NCBI GenBank assembly: GCA_045656645.1
Contig: JAZORN010000103.1
Coordinates: 18,319-82,318, forward strand
Length of the DNA: 64,000 bases
Direction: 5' to 3'
Origin: Clostridia bacterium
GTDB taxonomy: Bacteria > Bacillota > Clostridia > UMGS1883
Positions 54,807-62,898 of the stretch are shown here, one piece after another; within the stretch, counting starts at the first letter, position 1, and each line of letters opens with the position of its first letter. Below the pieces are notes generated by a model. That model saw only the letters and a list, made by a program, of their open reading frames with translations, was not told where the DNA came from and made no database searches. The position numbers and the translations under genes were made by a program.

Positions 54807-54881
54807 TGGAGCGGAAGACGAGATTCGAACTCGCGACGTTCACCTTGGCAAGGTGACGCTCTACCACTGAGCCACTCCCGC
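54807..54881 (-). tRNA. tRNA-Gly (anticodon GCC), CCA encoded.
   Basis: The minus strand reads GCGGGAGTGGCTCAGTGGTAGAGCGTCACCTTGCCAAGGTGAACGTCGCGAGTTCGAATCTCGTCTTCCGCTCCA, which folds into a standard cloverleaf. Confidence 0.95.
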
Positions 54882-55021
54882 ATAACGATATTAGTATAGC
54901 AGATAAAGTTTGATTTGTAAAGAGTTTTTTTAAAATTTTTTTGCGCTCTTCATTATTATTGACAATCAGGAGGCTTTGATGTAAAATATATTAGGAATTT
55001 TTTTCTTAGGAGAGAGTACGA

Positions 55022-56605
55022 ATGAGGAAAATATCTTCTGCGATATTTATGATAATGATTATGCTGGGCTTTGCCATATGCGCAGAGGCGGCAGATTACG
55101 TTTACAGTGCGTCAGTGGATGGAATGATAGAACTTCACCTTTCCCCTGATGAGGAAAGCTACAAAATAACTGATATTCCCGCCTGTTCAAAAATGAAGCT
55201 TATTAAGACGCAGCGCACGTGGGGGCTTGTTGAGTTTAAAAACAAGTGCGGTTGGATAAATCTCAGCTTTACACGTGATACGTATGATGAGGCGGCAGAG
55301 GCAACGGGTAATGACAGCACAAAAAATGTAAAGGTAAATTCAGCAGAGGACAAAGCGGTGCTTTATAATGTGCCGTCGCTTTCAGAAGTGCTCGGAAGTG
55401 AACAAAAATATGTAGTTCCAAATGATATGGTGCTTCAGATAAAGCGTGAAACGGCATCAGGCTGGGGTCTTGTATCAATGAACGGAAAATATGCGTGGAT
55501 ACAGACAAAAGAAACAAAACAATATGAAACACAGACTGAAAAGGAAACGGAAAAATACGGAATATATTATGTGTATGTGCTTTCAGACGGAGGATGCGGG
55601 CTTGAGCTTAAGGATGCCCCGCAGGGAAAAAACTTATATGCAGTAATTCCCGATTGTATAAAGCTTACAGTAAGGGAAACAAAAGGTAATTATGCGTATG
55701 TTTCCTATGACGGAATAAACGGATGGATAGACCTTCGTTATACAACACAGTCGCTTTCAAATGCACAGTCTAATGCGGGAACTTTAGTAAATGTTGAGTA
55801 TGAGGTTACACCTCTTGACGGTCTTGAAAGTCAGGATATATTAAGCGTTCCCTCAGAAAATGAGGGCGATGGCGGCTTTGTCGTCGGAAGTGTGAAAAAA
55901 GGTAGTGCAGTGTTTGTACAGAGGAGCACTTTAAACGGATGGTGCCTTGTAAATTACGGCGGAAAACTCGGATGGCTGCCGCCGGGCTCTGCTGTTCCTG
56001 CACAAACTCAGCAGACAGACATAATTACACCTTTTGGTGAGGCACGTGAAGGATATGTAAGTACAATAGAAAGTAAGGGTATGAAGCTTTATACTCTGCC
56101 GGGGGAAGAGGATGCTGTGGCAACTATTCCCGAGGGGGTACGGGTAAAGTCCATTGCTCAAAAGGACGGCTATGAATATGTATGCTGTGACTATGCCGCA
56201 GGATGGGCAAGGCCTATGCAGACAGCTCCTACGCAGGAGGAAGTGTTTACTTCCAATCAGTTAAAAAGGAAAGAATATTATCTTATAGATGATGAAACTA
56301 TGCTTATGAGTCTGCCTACATATTCTGCGGAATGTGAGAGTGAGGAACTGCTCATCTGTACGGTAGGAACATATTTTGAGGTTTCAAAGATTGTGAGCAC
56401 GGGAAAACGCAAATGGGGCTTTACACAGATAGACGGGAAGAAAGGTTTTATAAACCTTGCCTGTGCAGAGGAGACCACATCTCCGCTTGTAATAGGTGTC
56501 AGTGCACTTCTTACCATAGCAGCACTTGTTTTTGCCGTTTTAGGATTAAAAAAGATATTAAAGAAAAGAAAAGCTACTGCACAAAAAGCAGGAAAGGATG
56601 CATGA
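55022..56605 (+). CDS. Secreted, membrane-anchored protein with about six SH3b-like repeats.
   Basis: Signal peptide (…AICAEAA). Recurring …GW(G/C)LV…G(K/I)xGW(I/L)… modules. C-terminal TM segment followed by a basic tail. Confidence 0.75.
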   Translation: MRKISSAIFMIMIMLGFAICAEAADYVYSASVDGMIELHLSPDEESYKITDIPACSKMKLIKTQRTWGLVEFKNKCGWINLSFTRDTYDEAAEATGNDSTKNVKVNSAEDKAVLYNVPSLSEVLGSEQKYVVPNDMVLQIKRETASGWGLVSMNGKYAWIQTKETKQYETQTEKETEKYGIYYVYVLSDGGCGLELKDAPQGKNLYAVIPDCIKLTVRETKGNYAYVSYDGINGWIDLRYTTQSLSNAQSNAGTLVNVEYEVTPLDGLESQDILSVPSENEGDGGFVVGSVKKGSAVFVQRSTLNGWCLVNYGGKLGWLPPGSAVPAQTQQTDIITPFGEAREGYVSTIESKGMKLYTLPGEEDAVATIPEGVRVKSIAQKDGYEYVCCDYAAGWARPMQTAPTQEEVFTSNQLKRKEYYLIDDETMLMSLPTYSAECESEELLICTVGTYFEVSKIVSTGKRKWGFTQIDGKKGFINLACAEETTSPLVIGVSALLTIAALVFAVLGLKKILKKRKATAQKAGKDA

Positions 56606-57168
56606 AAATGAGAAAGAATTATGAACTTGAGGTTGCAGGTGTTAAAAGAGAGCTGCCGATGTTTGCGGTAAATGACAAAATTTCGATAGCTGCATTTATA
56701 ATTTTCGGTGATGTGGAGCTTACCGTAGCGTGTGCGGGCGAGCTTCTTAAAAAAGTGCCCGAACACGATATTATGATTACGGCAGAGGCAAAGAGTATAC
56801 CACTTATTCACGAAATGGCACGTCAGAGCGGTGTTAACGGATACGTTGTTGCCCGTAAAAAGCAGAAGGTATATATGAGTGATGTTGTGGAGGTAAGTGT
56901 TAATTCCATCACTACACAGAGCGAGCAGAAGCTCTACTTAGGCAGTGAAGATGCGCAGAAGCTTAAGGGAAAACGTGTGCTTATAGTTGATGACGTTATA
57001 AGCACAGGTGAATCGCTTTGCGCCCTTGAAAAGCTTGTTGAGGCAGCAGGCGGAAATATCGTGGGCAGGGCGGCTGTTCTTGCAGAGGGCGATGCCGCAC
57101 AAAGACCTGAGCTTACATTCCTTGAAAAACTGCCGCTTTTTGATGCTGACGGAAATATTTTGGAATAA
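56602..57168 (+). CDS. Phosphoribosyltransferase (purine/adenine PRT-like).
   Basis: PRPP-binding motif VLIVDDVISTGESL. The start ATG at 56602 overlaps the upstream stop codon (ATGA). Confidence 0.8.
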   Translation: MKMRKNYELEVAGVKRELPMFAVNDKISIAAFIIFGDVELTVACAGELLKKVPEHDIMITAEAKSIPLIHEMARQSGVNGYVVARKKQKVYMSDVVEVSVNSITTQSEQKLYLGSEDAQKLKGKRVLIVDDVISTGESLCALEKLVEAAGGNIVGRAAVLAEGDAAQRPELTFLEKLPLFDADGNILE

Positions 57169-57182
57169 ATCTTAAAAAGTGG

Positions 57183-57211
57183 TTGACAAAAACTAAAAGC
57201 AATGTTATAAT
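57183..57211 (+). promoter_or_regulatory. Consensus sigma-A promoter of infC-rpmI-rplT.
   Basis: TTGACA (57183-57188), a 17-nt spacer, then TATAAT (57206-57211). Confidence 0.65.
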
Positions 57212-57218
57212 AGCGTAG

Positions 57219-57371
57219 CAATAAAGAAGAAGTTACCGCTTCTCACCTCACGGGGTTTACTTGTGTGGTTAATAATTATGGGCGTTTTTATGATGCTTGT
57301 TTTTTGGAGCGGTAGGTTTTTCCTGCCGCTTTTGTTATGTGCGGCACAAATTTTCTTTGGAGGTGTTTTCC
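57219..57371 (+). promoter_or_regulatory. infC operon leader with an intrinsic terminator/attenuator (L20-leader-like).
   Basis: About 150-nt leader. Hairpin GCGGTAGG-ttttt-CCTGCCGC followed by TTTTGTT at 57309-57336, upstream of the infC RBS. Confidence 0.5.
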
Positions 57372-57881
57372 ATTAGCAAGGAAATGATGATTAACGAAGA
57401 AATCAGGGATAGTGAGGTCAGGGTAATAGACAGCGACGGAAGTCAGCTTGGTATTATGCCTACAGGCGATGCGCTTGATGCCGCTATAAAGAGAAATCTT
57501 GATTTGGTGAAGATTTCACCTAATGCAAATCCCCCCGTATGTAAAATTATGGATTACGGTAAATATCGTTTTGAGCTTGCTAAAAAGGAGAAGGAAAACC
57601 GCAAGAATCAAAAGGTTGTTAACCTTAAAGAGGTACGCCTTTCACCCTCAATTGACAACCACGATTTTGAGACGAAGCTTAAAAATGCCTGCAAATTCCT
57701 TAAAAACGGGGATAAGGTAAAGGTTAGTGTTCGTTTCCGTGGCCGTGAAATACATCACGCATCAATCGGGGAGGAAATTCTTGACCGTTTTGTAAAGGGT
57801 GCGGAGGAATTCGGCACCGTTGACAAAAAAGCGAAGCTTGAGGGAAAGAATATGGCGATTACAATTTCGCCCAAAAACTGA
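57372..57881 (+). CDS. infC: Translation initiation factor IF-3, probable ATT start codon.
   Basis: GGAGG (57359-57363), then 8 nt, then ATT at 57372. The product reads (M)SKEMMINEEIRDSEVRVIDSDG…. The track ORF's upstream extension has no RBS. Confidence 0.85.
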   Translation: MSKEMMINEEIRDSEVRVIDSDGSQLGIMPTGDALDAAIKRNLDLVKISPNANPPVCKIMDYGKYRFELAKKEKENRKNQKVVNLKEVRLSPSIDNHDFETKLKNACKFLKNGDKVKVSVRFRGREIHHASIGEEILDRFVKGAEEFGTVDKKAKLEGKNMAITISPKN

Positions 57882-57935
57882 TTATCGGCTAACAGAAGTT
57901 AGTTTAGATATATACACATTGAGAGGAGAGATATT

Positions 57936-58133
57936 ATGCCTAAAATAAAGACACACAGAGCCGCTGCGAAGCGTTTCAGTCTTACAAAGTCAGGTAAGGT
58001 AAAAAGAGCGAAGGCTTTCAAGAGCCACATTCTCACAAAGAAGGACACTAAGAGAAAGAGAAGACTGAGAAAGGGCGCCCTTGCAGACGTTACAAACGCA
58101 AAAGTTATAAAGAAGCTTATACCTTATAAATAA
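57936..58133 (+). CDS. rpmI: 50S ribosomal protein L35.
   Basis: Starts [14 protein letters not shown]. Confidence 0.96.
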   Translation: MPKIKTHRAAAKRFSLTKSGKVKRAKAFKSHILTKKDTKRKRRLRKGALADVTNAKVIKKLIPYK

Positions 58134-58152
58134 GAATTAGGAGGACTAAAAA

Positions 58153-58506
58153 ATGGCTCGAGTTAAGGGTGCACTCAGCACCAGAAAAAGACATAAAAAA
58201 ATATTGAAGCTTGCTAAAGGCTACAGAGGTGGCAAGTCCAAGCTTTACAGAATTGCCAATCAGGCAGTTATGAAATCACTTTCTTACGCATATGTTGGAA
58301 GAAAGCTCAAGAAGAGAGATTTCCGTTCTCTCTGGATTACAAGAATCAGTGCCGCTTGTAAGATGAATGATATCAACTATTCACGTTTTATGAACGGTCT
58401 GAAGAAGGCAAACATCGAAATCAACAGAAAGATGCTTTCAGAAATCGCTATAAACGATCCTGCAGCATTTACACAGCTTGTTGAAACTGCAAAAAGCAAT
58501 CTTTAA
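58153..58506 (+). CDS. rplT: 50S ribosomal protein L20.
   Basis: Starts [26 protein letters not shown]. Confidence 0.96.
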   Translation: MARVKGALSTRKRHKKILKLAKGYRGGKSKLYRIANQAVMKSLSYAYVGRKLKKRDFRSLWITRISAACKMNDINYSRFMNGLKKANIEINRKMLSEIAINDPAAFTQLVETAKSNL

Positions 58507-58565
58507 TTTAAAAAACCGTTTCCGCACATACGCGGGAGCGGTTTTTGAGTAAATTGGATTTGGTG

Positions 58566-59348
58566 ATGAGGACTATGGTTATTACAAGCCGTGACAATAA
58601 AATATTTAAGCTTGCAAGCCGTCTTAAAAGTGCAAGAGGCAGAAACGAGGAAAAGCTCTTTCTTATCGAGGGGGCACGAAGTGTTCGTGATGCCTACGAT
58701 AAGGGGGCAGATTTTCACTGCATAATTTTATCTGAAAATGCGCAGTTGCAGTTTAAGGCAGATTGTCCGATTTATACCTTTGCGCCCAAGCTTTTCGGGG
58801 AAATTTCTGAGACGGTGACACCGCAGGGTATTATAGCTGTCTGCCGTATGAGAAAGTGCAGTTTAGAGGACATTCTTGCGAAAAACAGTGACCTTGTAAT
58901 ACTGTGTGAGGCTCTGCAGGACCCGGGAAATATAGGCACAATAATACGAACTGCACACGCAGCATTCTGCGGCGGCGTAATCCTTAGTAAGGGATGCTGT
59001 GATTTATATAATCCAAAAATAGTACGTGCGACTATGTCAGGTATGTTTTCAGTGCCCGTTGTGCAGGGGATAAGCGCAAAGGATGCAGTGGAAACATTTT
59101 CAAAAAATGGCTATGCTGCTGTTGCAGGTGCACTCACAGAAAAATGCGTTGACCTTTATGATGCAGATTTAAAGGGAAAGCATCTTATAATAATCGGTAA
59201 CGAGGGAAACGGTGTTACAAAGGAAACCCTTTCTATGTGTGACAAGGTGGTTAAAATACCTATGCATCCCGATGCAGAAAGCCTTAACGCTGCAGTTGCA
59301 GGCAGCGTAATGATGTATGAACATTACCGCCAAAACACAAAAAAATAA
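58566..59348 (+). CDS. TrmH/SpoU-family RNA 2'-O-methyltransferase.
   Basis: Contains DPGNIGTIIRTA, …IIGNEGNGV… and SLNAAVAGSV. The start is uncertain (ATG at 58566 or 58575); the track ORF begins at 58545, inside the rplT terminator. Confidence 0.85.
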   Translation: MRTMVITSRDNKIFKLASRLKSARGRNEEKLFLIEGARSVRDAYDKGADFHCIILSENAQLQFKADCPIYTFAPKLFGEISETVTPQGIIAVCRMRKCSLEDILAKNSDLVILCEALQDPGNIGTIIRTAHAAFCGGVILSKGCCDLYNPKIVRATMSGMFSVPVVQGISAKDAVETFSKNGYAAVAGALTEKCVDLYDADLKGKHLIIIGNEGNGVTKETLSMCDKVVKIPMHPDAESLNAAVAGSVMMYEHYRQNTKK

Positions 59349-59392
59349 ATTTACTCTTTACAAACTGCAAATTTTAGTGTAAGTTATTATAA

Positions 59393-59599
59393 GGGCTGCG
59401 ATAAAATGCACAGACCGCATAAAGCATAGAAAAGTTTATATAAAGGCGCTTAATGAAATAAAGAAGCAAAGTAAATTCAAGGTAAAAATGCATTATGCTA
59501 CGAACAAACTTCGCCTCTCGACGTACCATCGTACGCCTTCGGGTAACCCAAGCTGCGCTTGGCTCAGTTTGTCCGTTCTGCACTATTTTCTCTTCGCCC
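59393..59599 (-). repeat. Family-B structured intergenic repeat, copy B3 (207 bp, inverted orientation).
   Basis: The reverse complement contains CAGAACGGACAAACTGAGCC…CCCGAAGGCGTACGATGGTACGTCGAGAGGCGAAGTTTGTTCGTAGC. Confidence 0.8.
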
Positions 59600-59630
59600 G
59601 AAAGATGTGTTTTAAGAAAGGTCGGAGCTT

Positions 59631-60734
59631 ATGGATAAGCGTCTTATATGGGCGATAAAATCTTCATATGTTACTCCTACCCGCAAAAAGCTTGAAGAGC
59701 TTCGGGCAAGAGAGGATTTATTTGATGAAGACCTTATTGATATAAGGGATAAAAAGTGTATGTGGGCGGTTTCGAGCTTTGAAAGGGCTATTGAAAAGGG
59801 ATGCCACATAGTTACCTATATTGACGATATTTATCCTGAGGCTTTTCGTGAAATATCACTGCCACCACCTGTTCTTTATGTGAGAGGCAATGTCCATGCA
59901 CTCAGCCACGGTGTTTATGCGGGAATGGTAGGCTGCCGCAAAAGTGATGACTACGGACTTAGAATGGGAATGCAGCTTGCACGCGAAATAGGCCAAACTG
60001 GTGCAGGTATAGTTTCAGGCGGTGCAGAGGGTGTTGATGCTGCGTGCCATCAGGGTGCAATTATGGCAGGTGTGCCTACAATTGCAGTTTTCGGCTGTGG
60101 CGTTGATATAAGCTATCCCCCTTGTAATGCGGAGCTTTTTGAAAGAATTGAAAAAAGCGGCGGAGCCCTTATAAGTGAATTCCCTATGGGATTTTCACCC
60201 TCGAAAAAGACATTTCCGCAGAGAAACAGACTTATTGCCGCTCTTTCAACGGCAGTTGTGGTTGTGCGTGCGGGAAAGAACAGTGGTTCGCTTATTACAG
60301 CAAATCAGGCGATAAATATGAATAAAACGGTTTTTGCCGTTCCCGGAAATATTGATGACGGTTTAAGTATCGGCACAAACGAGCTTATCCGTGACGGTGC
60401 ATTTGTGCTTCTTAGCGCAATGGACGTTATAGATGAGCTTATTGAAAGAAAGCCTGACTTTTTTGTAAGGGAAAAGGAAGAAAAACCAAAAATAGAAATC
60501 CTTCCGTATGAAAAACCGACCAAAAAAGTGAAAACGAATGTAGTTCTTTCGGAATATGAAAAAGAAATTGTAAATATAATAAATGACGGATACACGGCGC
60601 TCCCCGATATAGAAGGACAGATAAGCTTTGATGCATCACGGCTTACGGCTCTTCTGACAATGATGGAAATGAAGGGTGTTATAAAGCGGGGAAGCGATAA
60701 AAAATATAAATTGACAAGCGGAGGAGAATGTTAA
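59631..60734 (+). CDS. dprA: DNA processing protein DprA (Smf).
   Basis: Contains …PPVLYVRGN…GMVGCRK…SGGAEGVDAACHQGA…FPQRNRLIAAL. Confidence 0.92.
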   Translation: MDKRLIWAIKSSYVTPTRKKLEELRAREDLFDEDLIDIRDKKCMWAVSSFERAIEKGCHIVTYIDDIYPEAFREISLPPPVLYVRGNVHALSHGVYAGMVGCRKSDDYGLRMGMQLAREIGQTGAGIVSGGAEGVDAACHQGAIMAGVPTIAVFGCGVDISYPPCNAELFERIEKSGGALISEFPMGFSPSKKTFPQRNRLIAALSTAVVVVRAGKNSGSLITANQAINMNKTVFAVPGNIDDGLSIGTNELIRDGAFVLLSAMDVIDELIERKPDFFVREKEEKPKIEILPYEKPTKKVKTNVVLSEYEKEIVNIINDGYTALPDIEGQISFDASRLTALLTMMEMKGVIKRGSDKKYKLTSGGEC

Positions 60735-62812
60735 TGGCAAATTATCTTGTAATAGTTGAGTCACCGGCAAAGGCGAAAACCATTAACAAATATCTGGGCA
60801 AGAACTATACGGTAATCGCATCTATGGGACATATGCGTGATTTGCCAAAAAGTCAGCTCGGAATAGATATTGAAAATAATTATGAGCCTAAGTATATTAC
60901 CATAAGGGGCAAGGGCGACCTTCTTTCAAAGCTTAAAAAAGCGGCGAAGAGTGCGGACAAAGTATATCTTGCAACTGACCCTGACCGTGAGGGTGAGGCA
61001 ATTAGCTGGCATCTTGCGCAAATTCTTGATATAGATGAAAAGCAGAAATGCAGAATTACATTTAACGAGGTTACAAAAACAGCCGTAACGGCATCTCTTA
61101 AAGAGGCACGCCCGATTGACAGTAACCTTGTAGACGCTCAACAGGCCCGCAGAGCGCTCGACAGAATCGTGGGATATAAAATAAGCCCCATACTCTGGAA
61201 AAAGGTTAAAAAGGGTCTTAGCGCAGGCAGAGTGCAATCTGTTGCTACAAAGCTTGTGGTAGACCGTGAGCGTGAGATAAATGCGTTTGAGCCGAAGGAG
61301 TATTGGTCGCTTAACGCAAATCTAAAGGTGGCAGGGGAGAGAAAGGCGCTTCTCGCACGTTTTTACGGTGTTAACGGAAAGAAGAAGGAGCTTAAAAGCT
61401 TCGACGAAGCGCAGAAGATACAGCAAATGGCATCTAAGGGTGATTTTGTTGTAACAAAGGCGAGTTACAGCGAAAAAATGCAGCAGCCCTCACCGCCCTT
61501 TACTACCAGCACCCTCCAGCAGGAGGCGAGCAGGAAGATGGGCTTTACATCAAGAAGGACTATGTCTGCGGCACAGCAGCTTTATGAAGGTGTTGCACTT
61601 CCCTCAAAGGGAACGTTGGGTCTTATCACATATATGAGAACAGACTCCCTCAGAATTACACCGCAGGCGCAGGAGGCTGCACGCAGTCTTATTTCGCACA
61701 AGTACGGTGCGCAGTATACTCCCAAATCCCCCAGAGTATATAAAACGGGAAAAAATGCGCAGGATGCGCATGAGGCAATAAGACCTACAGATGTTAATAT
61801 TCTTCCTGAAAGCATTAAAGAGGCAGTAAGTGCCGACCTTTACAAGCTTTATAAGCTTATCTGGGAAAGATTTGTTGCAAGTCAGATGTCAAATGCAGTG
61901 TATGATACATTAAATGCGGAATTTGATGCATCGGGCGCAACCTTCCGTGCAAGCAGTAAGTCGCTTAAATTCGCAGGATACCGTGCAGTATATATTGACG
62001 GCAGTGAAGAAAACGAGGAAAAGGATGAAAAGCGTCTTATAAAGATAGAGGAAGGTATGCACCTTCACGCAGAGGAAATTGAGCAGGAGCAGCATTTTAC
62101 AGAGCCGCCTGCAAGATATACAGAAGCCTCTCTTATAAAAACAATGGAGGAAAACGGTATTGGAAGACCAAGTACCTATGCCCCCACAATAAGCACAATC
62201 TTAGGAAGAGACTACGTCGTGCGTGAAAAACGTATGTTAAAGCCGACGGAGCTTGGCGAGGTTGTAACCGATATTATGGCTGAAAACTTCTCTGATATTG
62301 TTGATGTTGACTTTACCGCAAATATGGAAAAGCAGCTTGATGATATTGAAGAGGGCAGCGAAAAGTGGATAGATGTTATAGACGAATTTTATAAACCGTT
62401 TAAGAGCGTTCTTGAAAAGGCTGAAAAATCTATTGAAAAAATAGAATTAAAGCCTGAGGAAAGCGATGAAATCTGCGAAAAATGCGGCAGAAGAATGGTT
62501 ATAAAGCTTGGTAAATACGGAAAATTCCTTGCATGCCCCGGATTTCCCGAGTGCCGTAATGCAAAGCCCATTTTGCACGATACTGGTGTAAAATGCCCTA
62601 AATGCGGAGGGCGTATTGTTGCACGTAAAAGTCAGAAGGGTAAGAAATATTTCTCGTGCGAGAATGCGCCCAACTGTGACTTTTTGCTCTGGGATGAACC
62701 TATTAAAACTCCCTGCCCGACATGCGGCAGCGTTATGACTAGAAAGTATATCAAGAGAAAGAGTATAACAGTTTGCTCTAACTCTGAGTGCGAGAGTAAT
62801 AAAAAACAGTAA
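60734..62812 (+). CDS. topA: DNA topoisomerase I.
   Basis: Starts MANYLVIVESPAKAKTI (TOPRIM domain). The active-site region contains …YMRTDS…. Three C-terminal Cys4 zinc ribbons. The start overlaps the dprA stop codon. Confidence 0.96.
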   Translation: MANYLVIVESPAKAKTINKYLGKNYTVIASMGHMRDLPKSQLGIDIENNYEPKYITIRGKGDLLSKLKKAAKSADKVYLATDPDREGEAISWHLAQILDIDEKQKCRITFNEVTKTAVTASLKEARPIDSNLVDAQQARRALDRIVGYKISPILWKKVKKGLSAGRVQSVATKLVVDREREINAFEPKEYWSLNANLKVAGERKALLARFYGVNGKKKELKSFDEAQKIQQMASKGDFVVTKASYSEKMQQPSPPFTTSTLQQEASRKMGFTSRRTMSAAQQLYEGVALPSKGTLGLITYMRTDSLRITPQAQEAARSLISHKYGAQYTPKSPRVYKTGKNAQDAHEAIRPTDVNILPESIKEAVSADLYKLYKLIWERFVASQMSNAVYDTLNAEFDASGATFRASSKSLKFAGYRAVYIDGSEENEEKDEKRLIKIEEGMHLHAEEIEQEQHFTEPPARYTEASLIKTMEENGIGRPSTYAPTISTILGRDYVVREKRMLKPTELGEVVTDIMAENFSDIVDVDFTANMEKQLDDIEEGSEKWIDVIDEFYKPFKSVLEKAEKSIEKIELKPEESDEICEKCGRRMVIKLGKYGKFLACPGFPECRNAKPILHDTGVKCPKCGGRIVARKSQKGKKYFSCENAPNCDFLLWDEPIKTPCPTCGSVMTRKYIKRKSITVCSNSECESNKKQ

Positions 62813-62836
62813 AATCCACATTAATTTAACAAGTAG

Positions 62837-62877
62837 CAGAGCTGTAAAAAGTTGGTTTTTTACAGCTCTGATTGTTT
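62837..62877 (+). terminator. Rho-independent terminator after topA.
   Basis: CAGAGCTGTAAAAA-gttgg-TTTTTTACAGCTCTG. Confidence 0.75.
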
Positions 62878-62898
62878 CGAAGAATGAAGGGAAAAGTT

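Noticed and set aside
54517-54867. 116-aa minus-strand ORF.
   Set aside because: It spans tRNA-Gly, its terminator and the family-F hairpin array, so it is non-coding sequence.
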